DNA from: Felis catus
Taxonomy: Eukaryota
DNA: 64,000 nt
Assembly: GCF_018350175.1 (NCBI RefSeq)
Contig: NC_058368.1
Location: 231,882,001-231,946,000, forward strand
Direction of reading: 5' to 3'
Positions 1-11,420 of the stretch are shown here, piece by piece. Made by a program: the position numbers and the translations under genes. The first letter of the stretch is position 1. Every line of letters begins with the position of its first letter. Below the pieces are notes generated by a model. That model had not been told where the DNA came from. It did no database searches and saw nothing but the letters and a program-made list of their open reading frames with translations.

Positions 1-720
1 AAATCAGGGAATTAGCACCAAACTAAAACGACACTGGCTTGGTCAAGCCGCTGGCTCAGGCTCTTCTTGTGTTTTGGTGACGGGAAACTTTTTCTCACTT
101 TGCAGACCCAGAGTTGAACACTGGGAAGTTCAGGACTGTTATTCTTCCCTAATGCCACGTAAAACAGTAGCTTGAAACTTCAAGTTTTTTGGTTGATAGT
201 CCCATCAACAACGTGCGATGCTCAAAGTAGAATGCAAACATTTGACTCTGAAACGTCTTGGCGTTCGTTTTAGGTTTGAGTTGAAAGTCGGACGGTTGCT
301 TTACAAAAAGCCACGGCCAGGAATGGCTGTGCAGACAATGTCAGCTTTTATTTGCACACTCTGTCAGTGCCTAATAACACGGTGATAATTAGCAGTGACA
401 TGTTTTACAGAGAAAGGAGGGAAACCTAGGACCGACACACAAAGTGAGGCAAAAACTCACATAAATACACTAGGAAGAATGGAATTCAACTTTATATTTA
501 TGTGCTTATAATATGCCATAGTTATTAATTTAACCCTGAGAGTAGTAATTCAAGTAGCAGCTGCCCCCAAATGAGCTTTCATTTATCAAGCTCAAAAAAT
601 ATTTTCTACTCTCGTGTGGAATGAAAAAAAGTAGGTGAAAGATAAACATGTCATTCTGGGCTATAAAAACATCATGGAGACTCATATTTAAAATTGTTTT
701 TACCTCCTGCTGTGATTCAG

Positions 721-722
<2 letters not shown>

Positions 723-759
<37 letters not shown>
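723..759. repeat. (TC)n microsatellite
   Basis: Uninterrupted TC dinucleotide run. Confidence 0.95.
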
Positions 760-763
<4 letters not shown>

Positions 764-1967
764 AGCAGAGTGGTCATTTTCTCCTTTTGGGCATCCATTA
801 AACTTCAGGCAGTGTGTAAACTGTTCTGAAAAAAGAGTAGGCAATATCTGATCTGAAAGCGAGAGAGACCGCGACCAACGGATAAACAGGAAACTCTATG
901 GAAATATCCAAGGGAGGAGGCCATCTATGGCCGTGGACCTGGGTGGACGTCGTTAGTGGTTTAAGCTTTCCCGCTTTGTTTTCTCTGTGTAAATACCATG
1001 GAAATGTATATTGATCTTTAAGTAGGAAATCTACAGAGGACTGGCTTAGGAAACATAAAATGGGCAGGATCCTTGCAACCCTTCATCTTCCTTAGGTGTC
1101 AGTTGGATATTTGAGAAGTTACCTGAATTTCTTCAGTCTTGACAATTGGTGAGATGCCATCCTGCTGACCTTCAGGAATTGATGGGGAATGTGTCTTTCA
1201 CCTAAGGAATTAGCTGACTCAAGTCAGGGCCAGTATATCCTCAGAGTACGTGAAAATCTAGACTGAGCACATGTAAATAACCCAGTTGTTACAACATGTA
1301 ATTTAACCATTCCACTGCCAACCACACAACGTGTGATGGTGCTTGGGTAAAACATTTGTGTTACCGTCTTCCACAAATTCAGCTATTTTGGGGAATTTGC
1401 CCATAGTTAATGTTTCTGTGACTGAAACAGAGTGGTTTGGCCTTTGCCAATTGCAGGTCATTTCTGAAGTTTGTGTCTGGTTTCCACAGTTACTGCGTAT
1501 GTTTCTTTTTTCTGTGATGATGCAAATCCTTGCCTCTCTTGACCTTGCTCACCTGTGGCTACCACAAACCATGACCAGAAGGGGAAAAACTCCTTTGTGT
1601 TAGTTTGCTTGCTTTTTCGTGTGTGTGTGTGTGCTCAGTCTGCAAATTCGAGTTGCTATGGTTACAGGACACTAGATTGGAGGGAGTCAGCTCATTGGTA
1701 AGGTGCAGCCCCTAGACTTTTTTGTGACATTATTTTCTTTGTAATGACCTGGGAAAGTAGGCTTTGTAAACTTGAGAGGTTTACCGATGCACAAAAACTG
1801 ACCGTTTCACCGATTGGTTCTATTGTATCCCTTCTATTAGCCAAAGGATTCCCAGTCATTGGTGGGCTAGCCTCATTTGTTGTAGAAATTGATTTTCGTC
1901 AATAGTTTGAAAAAGTGAACCACAACGAGTGACTGTTCTTGGTCACGGTTGCACGCCAGGTTTTATC

Positions 1968-2120
1968 CCACGGCTTCTCCTCCCTGAAGGTCCACGAGAA
2001 CACCCGAGGGTTCTGTAAAGATGTGGATCCTGATCCACGAGTCCAGGGCAACACCTGAGAGTCTGTATCTCTAAGAGCTCCCAGATGATGCCGATGCAGG
2101 ACCCCACTTTGAGTGGCCAG
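1968..2120. mobile_element. MER5A-like hAT-Charlie DNA transposon relic
   Basis: ...tctgtatctctaagagctcccagatgatgccgatgcaggaccccactttgagtggccag resembles the MER5A end. Confidence 0.65.
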
Positions 2121-2354
2121 GAATATGCTGCACGAAACTCCAGAGCCATTCAACACCTTGGAGAAATTTCCTTTTTCCTCCCACGCAGATATTTAGTTAA
2201 GCAGGCTGGGCGAAGTTTCCACTGAATCTCACTGTTGTTTATTTAGAAAAAAACATGATACTTACCAACAGATGTCACAGAATTCGTTTTCCTATTAGCG
2301 TTTGGTTACGTATGTATGTATATGTGGTATGTGTGTCTGGTAAGTGTACGCGAG

Positions 2355-2358
2355 GTGT

Positions 2359-2409
<51 letters not shown>

Positions 2410-2418
2410 ATGTGTGTG
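2355..2418. repeat. (TG)n microsatellite
   Basis: Long TG run. Confidence 0.95.
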
Positions 2419-3444
2419 CACCATCTTGAAGGCCGGGCTGAAGCCCAGCCGTCCATCTGCAGAGTCGTGCATGGTGTTTTACCCAGAGTAGATGTTTAGT
2501 AGATTTGTTCAGTTAATTGAACCGAATGTATGAGTCCTGTGTTTGAGGGGAACAAAAAGATTGTTTTTATAACGACTTGACAAATCTCAAATCACTGCAG
2601 CTAAGAAAGGAGCACGTGAATTAATGAGAGAACGGAACCCCTGTCACCGGTTCTGCGGGGCACCCTGATGGCGCTGGGGGGACAGTGGGGTGTACTGTGG
2701 GCCTCTGTGCCAGGGGACACAGCTGGGTTCTTAGCAGCGTTTTCTTTTGGCAGGCTAAGAAATGACATTCCTGTGATTGATTTATTTTCAGATTTCGTAC
2801 AGTCATTAACGTAGTTTCTTTTCCGCGTCTGTCGTATCGGTTGCTGCTCAGGAATCCGAGCTGAAAAGCCGCAGCGCCTTCCTGACAGCTACTATTTCTG
2901 GGTTCTTCTCTGGTCAGCTGTGCTGCCCCCTGGGCTGCCCAGGGCCGTCATCAAACCCGTCTGGCCCATTTTGGTGGCAGCTGAAAGCACTTTTGTGCGT
3001 GTCGTTCCTAGATGATCTAGTAATTGGGAACGTCGCGCGCCTTCCCAGCTTGTCTGCTGGGCCTCCCGTTGCTGTAACGGTGTCAGGCACGAATTTTCAC
3101 ACTTACCTTAAGGACCTCAAGGAAAGCGTGCATGCACTCGTACTTTCACGAAGGCTGCCCTATGTCGACTTTTAAAGAAGTTTCTGCTCAGTTGCATGAT
3201 GGACTCCTGGGTTTTGAAATTGTATCCTCACGTGTATGATGCGTGATGCACATCTCCTGATAACATTAAGTTTCAGGTGCCCATCCTTTGGAAGTTGGGG
3301 GCAGGGAGGAAAGAGTCCGTTTTGTGGGGTGTGCGGGAGAAGGATGGGCAGCCGGCAACCTTGTGGCCGTCATCCCTCTGGCTGGGTCCCTACGTATACA
3401 GCCAGCTGGGAAGGAATTCTATTCTGATCACTGTACGTATACTT

Positions 3445-3652
3445 CATTTATTTATTTTTAAATGTTTATTTAATTTTGAGAGAGCAAGAGCGGGGGAGGG
3501 GCAGAAAGAGAGGAGAACAGAGGATCCGAAGCAGGCTCCGTGCTCCGTGCTGACACCAGAGAGCCTGATGGCAGAGCTCAGACCCGTGAACCGCGAGACC
3601 ATGACCTGAGCCAAAGTTGGACACTTAACCGACTGAACCACCCAGGCGCCCC
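3445..3652 (-). mobile_element. Can-SINE (SINEC_Fc family)
   Basis: Reverse complement of GGGGCGCCTGGGTGG head, tRNA-like body, (CT)n, A tail; degenerate TSD. Confidence 0.93.
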
Positions 3653-4212
3653 TGTATATACTTTGTTTATACTTTCAGTTAGTTGTCCCCTAACCTAATG
3701 ACAATTATTTGATAACTCGGTGTCCAGGTAAGAGCCGGAAGCTTGAGTTGGATTCTGTCTCTGACACCTTTGTTCCAAGAACTGCAGGAAACGATGGGTG
3801 CTGTGAGTAGAAGAATGTGTATCTTCTGGCCTCTGGCCTCTTTTCAACAGAGTTGAAAAGCTGAAGTGCTTATTCCAGAAACAACTGAGGACCACAGCTA
3901 CAGGACAGCATGTCACCGAGGACAGTCAGAGCAATCGGAGGGGCAGGGGCATTTGTGATAACAGAATAAATTCAACTAGAAGGGCGTCCTGGGGGGTGGT
4001 GGGTGGAGAAAGAGGACAGAGTCTGCATGCTGGGCACAGGCCTTCAGACACTCCTCAGGAGCTGGGGGGCGGGACAGGCTCAGCCATCAGCCTGAGCTGT
4101 GGGGGACCGGCTCCAGACCTTCTGTGTCTTCCCAGGGTGTGACCTTTGCTGAAATAACTTAAAACTGGGAAAATTTGTTTTTCTGACCTATTAATTGGAA
4201 ATATGTTAATCA

Positions 4213-4438
4213 GGGGCACCTGGGTGGCGCAGTCGGTTAAGCATCTGACTTCGGCCAGGTCACGATCTCGCGGTCCGTGAGTTCGAGCCCCGCGTCGGGC
4301 TCTGGGCTGATGGCTCAGAGCCTGGAGCCTGTTTCCGATTCTGTGTCTCCCTCTCTCTCTGCCCCTCCCCCGTTCATGCTCTGTCTCTCTCTGTCCCAAA
4401 AATAAACGTTGAAAAAAAAAATTAAAAAAAAAAAAAAA
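4213..4438 (+). mobile_element. Young Can-SINE (SINEC_Fc), full length
   Basis: Full head to long A tail; perfect TSD gaaatatgttaatcag at 4198-4213 and 4439-4454. Confidence 0.97.
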
Positions 4439-5011
4439 GAAATATGTTAATCAGCTCAGCAGTACCTGGAAGACAGCCAGAGGTCTGAGCTCAAATGTCC
4501 AGTGGCTTATTTTATACCCCAAATACCCCATGATCACGTTCAGATGATTATGTTTAACTCTTACATCCCGTGCCTGTAATGTCTTTGGGCAGTGGGTTAA
4601 TCAGTTGCTCGACAGCACAGGCTAATGTTAAATTAGTAAACTTTTATTTTTCTAAAGTGGATGTATAGAAATTACTTAATATGACTAATTTCTTGTAGGG
4701 TTTTGGCTGCTGTTACCCAAATATGAAATGGAGACGGGGAGAGAGAAACATCTTGAGGAATCTGATTTTAAACTTTTTAACATCTGTGTTGCAGGAATGA
4801 AGGGATCACGGGATCCCATCCTGTAACTTTTCTCCAAGAGTTTCATAATACACAGGGGAAAGGTTTAAGTTTGAGTGGAGTTTAAACTAACCAGACACTT
4901 CAAGAAGCCAGTTGTTAGTTATGAAGGATTCTTAGAAAGCACACATCCGTTTGTGAAGGTGATCCGGGAGTAGTTTGGAGTGATAGGTGTCGCCCAGTAA
5001 ACACCCACTGC

Positions 5012-5475
5012 TGTGTGGACAGAATGGTGGCCCTCAGAGCCGTCCTGTCCTGGTCCCTGGAACCCGTGCATGGTACTCTGCGGATGTGATGAAGTGAAGA
5101 GTCTTGAGACGGGAGTTTGTCCTGGATTGCCCACGTGGCTTCTGGGTCCAATCACAAGAGGCCTTATCCATGATAGGAGGGAGGCTGTGAAAGTTGCTAC
5201 CGACAGAGAGGAGAAGGAGAGGTGAGGCAGAGAGATTTGAAGATGCTGTTCTGCTGGCCTGGAAGACGCGAGAGCACAGCTGTGGAAGCCGGAGAGGCAA
5301 GGAAAAAGATTCTCTTCTAGAACCTTCAGAAGGAGCGCGGCCCTGGGAAGGTCTTGGGGTCACGGCAGAGAAACCCTTTTCAGATTTCTGACCTCCAGAA
5401 GTGCGAGGGAAGAAATCTGAGTTGTTTTAAGCCACCGAGTTTCTGGTCGTCTGTTACAGCGGGAATTTGTTCTGT
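5012..5475 (+). mobile_element. MLT1C/D-type ERVL-MaLR solo LTR
   Basis: Typical MLT1 motifs: gattctcttctagaaccttcagaagga, gatttctgacctccagaa, gttgttttaagccacc, tgttacagc. Confidence 0.85.
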
Positions 5476-6137
5476 AGGACCTGGTCGTGCCACTCGGCAA
5501 CTAGTGAGTTTCAGCCTAAGTGCCTGTGGGTTTTGCGAGTGAAGTTGATACGCAAAAGTAGGATAGGCTTACGTGGAACCGGAGTAGCTTTAGTGGATTC
5601 AATAAAGGCAGGATTAAGATTCGAAAAATTTAGAGGCTGACCCTGGAGGAGAGATTGTTTAGAAAAGCATGGATCTGGTGATTCTTTACTGTCTCGGCAT
5701 TTTGTGACCCCGCTGTGTGCACTACCGTCTGCTTTGTGCGAGGATAGCCGCTTCGCCGTACGTCGTAAGTTTCGCCGAGGGCGTGATGTCCTTCCCAGCC
5801 TTTCCGTCCTCGGCTCCCTCTCTTCCTTCCAGACGCAGGCAGGTGTTCTCGGTGGCTAACGTTTTCTGCAAGACGACTCTATAGGATGTGCGTGGTTTTG
5901 ATTTGACTTGATTAAGATATCTTAGGGGGGAAACAGTTTATTTTTAAAGAAATTTGATGCAATGTCGAGGACTTGACAACTTCTTGGATGAAATGGAGTG
6001 CTAAAATCCTCTCTGGCTTATTTATTTATTTTTTACTGTAAAGGTAGTGAAGTTCTCTAGCTTAATAATATTGTTAAGAGTGTATTGTTAAAGTCCTTAA
6101 GTTTACTAAAACACACCTTTAACCCAGGGGACTGTGA

Positions 6138-6562
6138 TTTTTTCCTTTTCTTGTTCTTTTTCTCTCTTTCTCTTTTTCTTTCTTTATTTTCCTTCCTTCA
6201 TTCCTTCCTTCCTTCCTTCCTTCCTTCCTTCCTTCCTTCCTTCCTTCCCTTTCCCCTTCCTCCCTCACTCTTCTCCCCCTCCTCCTCCCCCTCCTCCTCT
6301 CCCCTTCTTCTTCTTCTTCTTCTTCTTCTTCTTCTTCTTCTTCTTCTTCTTCTTCTTTCATTTCCTTCCTTCCTTCCTTCCTTCCTTCCTTCCTTCCTTC
6401 CTTTTCCCCTTCCTCCCTCACTCTTCTCCCCCTCCTCCTCCCCCTCCTCCCCCTCCTCCTCCCCCTCCTCCTCTCCCCTTCTTCTTCTTCTTCTTCTTCT
6501 TCTTCTTCTTCTTCTTCTTCTTCTTTCATTTCCTTCCTCCCCTCCCTCCCTTCCTTCCTTCC
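6138..6562. repeat. Compound polypyrimidine microsatellite (TTCC)n/(CCT)n/(CTT)n with duplicated unit
   Basis: About 420 bp almost purely C/T on the + strand; explains the poly-E/R/L/F ORFs. Confidence 0.95.
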
Positions 6563-7008
6563 AAGTTCTCAAGATGAGAGATTTGTTTTCCGAAACGATT
6601 TTAGTGGGAGACGTCACATTGTCACGTTGACAGCATCGAACTCCCTTTAATCCTCATTTTGCATATTTTTCTTTTGCATCTCATTTTGATGAAATAAGAA
6701 CATTTTTACTACTTGAACTTGGCTTCATTTTATTCTTTGTTTTCGTTAATGCTTTTCTTGCGTTGGCATAGAACACTATTTGATTCACAACACTCTAGGA
6801 AAAATGTTTAATTACTGAAAAACTTTGACTGAAATTCAGGAAGAGCATGCAGGGGAACATATTTGTTCAGGTTTGGTTTATATGACTTGCAAAAACAGAT
6901 TAAAATAATCTGCAGCTACACCAAATTGGTGCTTTCCGTGAGAGGATTTGGTTTGAGTGGAACGGACAGAGATGGTGTCTAAGGCTTCCTTCAATTTGCA
7001 CCTGCCTT

Positions 7009-7234
7009 TTTTTTTTTTTAATTTTTTTTTTCAACGTTTATTTATTTTTGGGACAGAGAGAGACAGAGCATGAACGGGGGAGGGGCAGAGAGAGAGGGAG
7101 ACACAGAACCGGAAACAGGCTCCAGGCTCTGAGCCATCAGCCCAGCGCCTGACGCGGGGCTCGAACTCCCGGACCGCGAGATCATGACCTGGCTGAAGTC
7201 GGACGCTTAACCGACTGCGCCACCCAGGCGCCCC
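7009..7234 (-). mobile_element. Young Can-SINE (SINEC_Fc), full length
   Basis: Perfect TSD atttgcacctgcctt at 6994-7008 and 7238-7252. Confidence 0.97.
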
Positions 7235-7464
7235 GGGATTTGCACCTGCCTTAAAAGGAGAAGCATCACACTGCCCCTGCTGGCATGGGACCAGGCTCTT
7301 CTTGAAGTCTTTCCAGAACACTGTACCCAGTGCAGCAGGACTGAACGTGAATGTTGTTGACTTTCAAATCCATTCTGTGCGTGTGCGTTGAGACTGCTCA
7401 GTTACTATGAACGCCTAATAAGAAAAAAAAAAAGGAAAAAAGAAAGAAAGAAAGAAAAGCAGCA

Positions 7465-7670
7465 TTGGATTATGAATTAGAAGGCCAGGCTTTCTACTTT
7501 TGGATTCATCAGGATTCATCACTTCCTACCAGCATGACTTGAGACGAGTCCCCTCGATGCACTGAGCTTGCGATTCTTCATTCGCAAAGTAGCAATGTCT
7601 GCTTCCTTCCACTCAGGATTCTTTGGAGGATTTAAAGACTTGGTGTGCGGAAACGGTTCCTAAAGCATCA
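7465..7670 (+). mobile_element. MIR SINE relic
   Basis: catgacttgagacgagtc...ctgagcttgcgattcttcattcgcaaagtag...gaggatttaaaga resembles the MIR core. Confidence 0.55.
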
Positions 7671-8518
7671 TTTTATAGAAAAAGAAATGCGTAATTAGGA
7701 AGGTGTTTTGCTCTTGCTGAAGTCAGATAAAAGTAAACTTTTCCCACACTTGTTTATTTCTTGGGTGGCGTTGACAGGAATCGGTTCTGCTCTTGAGCTG
7801 TGAAACTAGGGAGATGGATGGGGGCTGTTTCAGCTCCTGTTTCTTCTAGGAACCACAGTTGTGACTTCCCCCAATTCTGATGCCAGAGATCTAAGACTGA
7901 GGAATATCCCTTAGCCTTCATCCATCTCCATACGGCGAAGCGTGTTTCCAGATTCTTCCAACTTTCATCTCTGCCTAAGAGAGAACAAGGTGTCTGTGCA
8001 AAAAAGAGCAAATGGGAAGAGAAACCACATTGTGACACAGGATGGTATTGTTTGCGTTTGTGCCGCGTACTGTTGTTCGTCATATTTGTCCCCCCAAATT
8101 GGTGGATCCTGGTTCTTGGCAGGATGATTTAGCTTGGTCTTTAGATTAGGTTTGGGACACAGGTACAGGACTAGAGTATTTTCAGGTTACCAAGCTAGGT
8201 CTTTCCCGGTTCTTTCATCAGGCTGTTGTCTCCAGTGCATCAAAGCTAATTTCCCTTAGATTCTGAAGAGGGAGAAATGATATTGCACAAGTCATTGCAG
8301 GGTCAGATAGTTTTCACCCTTGACATTGGCCCCTGAATCTGCCAGATAAAAAAGTTAGTTCTGTTGTTCAAAGAAGGTATCTCCTTGATTTAGTGTGAAC
8401 AGAACAAAACACGACCTATTCCAATTATATATCACAATGAGTAATGGAGGCGTAGAGGAGTGAATCATTATTACCACACCAGAAGTCTCTCGAATGTGAC
8501 ACACTTTCGACCATCCGT

Positions 8519-8666
8519 AGGAGTGTGTTGCACAGTGGGAAATACAACTATAATGTTCATCACCCCAAGGGTCAAGGAATCTATTATAATTATTTCCTGT
8601 ACATGAATTCCATAAAGTCTTGGATGAATTCATGAATTAAAGAGGCACCAATGGCTACTGAGAGAA
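8519..8666 (+). mobile_element. Ancient CR1/L3 LINE 3' end relic
   Basis: cacagtggga...tcatcaccccaagg and ttggatgaattcatg...aatggctact resemble the CR1/L3 ORF2 end and 3' UTR. Confidence 0.55.
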
Positions 8667-9399
8667 CTCAGAATATTTCCAGATTTTAATATTGATATGA
8701 GGAAAGATAGTATGTGATACTCATGGCTACAGAGCGTGGACTGATGTTCCCTTGGTTAAAGACTACAACAACTTCTGATGGTCCGTTTGTTGGAATTGGC
8801 ATGTAGGCCGAATGGGTTACGATTCCGTTTACTTGGCAATTTTGTGTGTTTGTGTGTAATTATTGCCACCAGAAATACGTTTCAGGCTTGGATAACTGGG
8901 TTCCTTGAACCGACACCTGAAATTCTGTTTTACAGCATTTGTCTCCTAAGGGATTGGAAAGATAATCCTAACTTGGAAGGGCTTCTAATGGATACCAACA
9001 CCTGTAAAATATTGTACATTTTGCATTAACTTGGAAGAAGGGTCTGAAGTATTCATTTAAGAACGTGCAATTTTATTTAATTCAACCATTAGCTGCAATG
9101 GAGCAAAGATAACAAAGATTTCCTTAAAAACAGCCCATAACCCAGAAATGAGACCCCTTTGCAGCTGAAAATACTAGTATCTTGTAACCATGTGTAAATG
9201 AGCAGTTGCAGAGGGCTTGAAAAAGCAAGTTTCTAGAACATGGTATTTATCTCCCAATAGTTTGTGCTTACCGATCCAGAATTAAAACACCATGTATGAA
9301 TCGTGCAATCACCATTTCGTAGGGCAAAATCTGTCCAATAGTGGGGAACTTAAGTGTTCAAGTTCACATAATGCTTCCAAATCAAGCAACAGACATTTA

Positions 9400-9515
9400 T
9401 TATGTTATTATCCTCAGCTACAGTGCTTGGCATCCTGTAAATCCTCAATGACCCTTTGTGGAAGGAATGAATGAGACAGTAAATGAATGGAAGATCGAAT
9501 GAGTGAATGAATGCG
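9400..9515 (+). mobile_element. L2 LINE 3' end
   Basis: acagtgcttggcat...ctcaat...tttgtggaaggaatgaatga terminus. Confidence 0.6.
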
Positions 9516-9941
9516 AGTTTTGGGCTGGGCATTGTGCCGGAGGCCAAGAGGGTAAAATGGTATGGAGTCTAATCGAAAGGCTTCTTTTAAAGTTCTTTCC
9601 AGATTCCGTGGAATTAATTTTCTTCTTAATCATCCGGGTCCTGTGGTTGTTGCCTCCCCAGAGAGTCTTTTCCTGGATGTCCTATTGTAAAGATCCCATT
9701 GCCATGCCAGGGAGAAATCTGCTGTTTCTAACTCTCCCTTGTGTTCTTTCCTCCCTCCTATCACTATTTGAAATAATATTCTTTCTAGTTTACATGTTAC
9801 TTGTTTTTTGCCTTCTCCACTGAGGTCCATGATGGGAAGCACCTTGTCTTACGTAATAGTGTATTCATTTCTTAAATGAATGAAGAAATGAATCACGTGG
9901 AAAGAAACCATCTAGGGAGATCTGCTGATTTGCTTATAGTC

Positions 9942-9957
9942 TTTTTTCCTTATTTGT

Positions 9958-10009
<52 letters not shown>

Positions 10010-10162
10010 ATATAATTTGTTGTCAAATTGGTTTCCATACAACACCCAGTGCTCATCCCAACAAGTGCCCTCTTCCCTGCCCATCACTCACTTTCCCCTC
10101 TTCCCCACCCGCATGTACCCTTAGTTTGTTCTCAGTCCTTAAGAGAGTCTTTTATGGTTTGG
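9942..10162 (-). mobile_element. Carnivore L1 3' end, 5'-truncated, with (TTTA)n tail
   Basis: tgtcaaattggtttccatacaacacccagtgctcatcccaacaagtgccc also seen in the L1 at 40.4 kb; diverged TSD tgatttgc.t.ta.tctt. Confidence 0.9.
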
Positions 10163-10829
10163 TGATTTGCCTTTACTCTTACCCAGAAACTAGGTGTTAA
10201 GGTGAAATTCGGAGACTTCTTGCAGAATATAGAATATTAGAATGAGAAGGCCTTGGGCCCAAGTGAATGGACTGACTTTGTGGTGCTGCAGGGATCCTAG
10301 GGCTCTAGAACCAATAGTCATTCATTAAACAATTGTCTGTTGAATGCCTACTAAGCACTAGGCAATGGATGTTAGTGGATCATGGAAGAGATCTAAAAGT
10401 GGACTTCTCAAGTCCCATCTGATTTCTCATGTCCTCAGTTACATGGTCACCTGCTTTTGCACCTCTGTAGAGTGATAGTGGGCTTCTCCTTGAACCCACC
10501 CTGATAACCTCTGCTTGGCCAGAATTGATGCATGGTTGCAGATTACTAGGCTTCCCTTTTCTTTTTGAGGCACCAATTTCATTGCCATTCTGTTCGCTGT
10601 TGGTCCCCCCAGAGTTATGGGCATCCTCTAGGGTTGCCAGTGAGACTGTATCTTGAACCTTGGTTCTTCATTGTAATTCACTTTCCATTTGTCACATATC
10701 CTTAGGTTCTTAGTCTGTAATATGTACCAAGAACATGGTGACACGGCTATAGAATCTCACTGAGCTCCCATTGTGCCAGCGGAGATGGGAAGTCATAAAA
10801 GTGGCTTCAGTGAAGTGGAAGAGGCTACG

Positions 10830-11420
10830 AAAAGTCCAGAAGGTTCTAGGCTATATAGCTAGGGGAGGTGGTAATCGGGGGCGTTCAGGAAAGGCCTTAC
10901 AGAGGAAGGCTGTTACATGCACACCTGGGGAAGGCGATGGCCTGGGTGAGGTGGTGGGAGAGGATGTTCCAAGTGGAGAGAGCTGTGTGTTGCAAGGCCA
11001 GGGTGGAAGAAGGCTTGGGGCAGTGAAGAACCCGAGACTCTCTTTCTAGCTAGTGTAGGCCCCATGCATCTGTGGGAGTTTTAGAAACCCCTTTTTGCAG
11101 CCTGGAGAGTAGATTGGAGGAAGGCAAGATTGAATGCAGACAGACCAATTTGGGAACCTCTTCAAAAATCCAAGCCTGATACAATGGCGGCTTTTAGTAG
11201 AGGCAGCAGAGAGGGAAGCAGGTCCATTTAACAGCAATGTAGGAGGCTCAGTGTACAGGATGTGGTGACTGGTGGATGTGGCAAAAGGAGGGGGCTTCAT
11301 GATGAAGAGGGATAAGACACTGGTTTCTTTCTTCATCTTTAGAAGAAGTGATGCCCGTTCCAGGTGAGAAACTGGAGAAGGGGTATTCATTGTTGCCGGT
11401 GTTGGGGATAGGGGGTTGAA
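10830..11420 (-). mobile_element. L2 LINE fragment
   Basis: Purine-rich L2-like motifs (gttccaagtggagagagc...tgcaaggcc; gattggaggaaggcaagattgaatgcag). Confidence 0.55.

Noticed and set aside
4213..4300. tRNA-like A/B boxes at SINE heads as tRNA genes
   Set aside because: They continue into SINE body, (CT)n and A tail; tRNA-derived SINE promoters, not tRNAs.
4055..4399. Recurrent peptides such as MAQSVK...SAQVMISR and GRGRERGRHRIGNRLQ in many ORFs
   Set aside because: Translations of Can-SINE bodies, not a gene family.
6085..6630. Long ORFs with poly-L, F, E, R and P tracts
   Set aside because: Stop-free translations of the C/T microsatellite in several frames; not coding.
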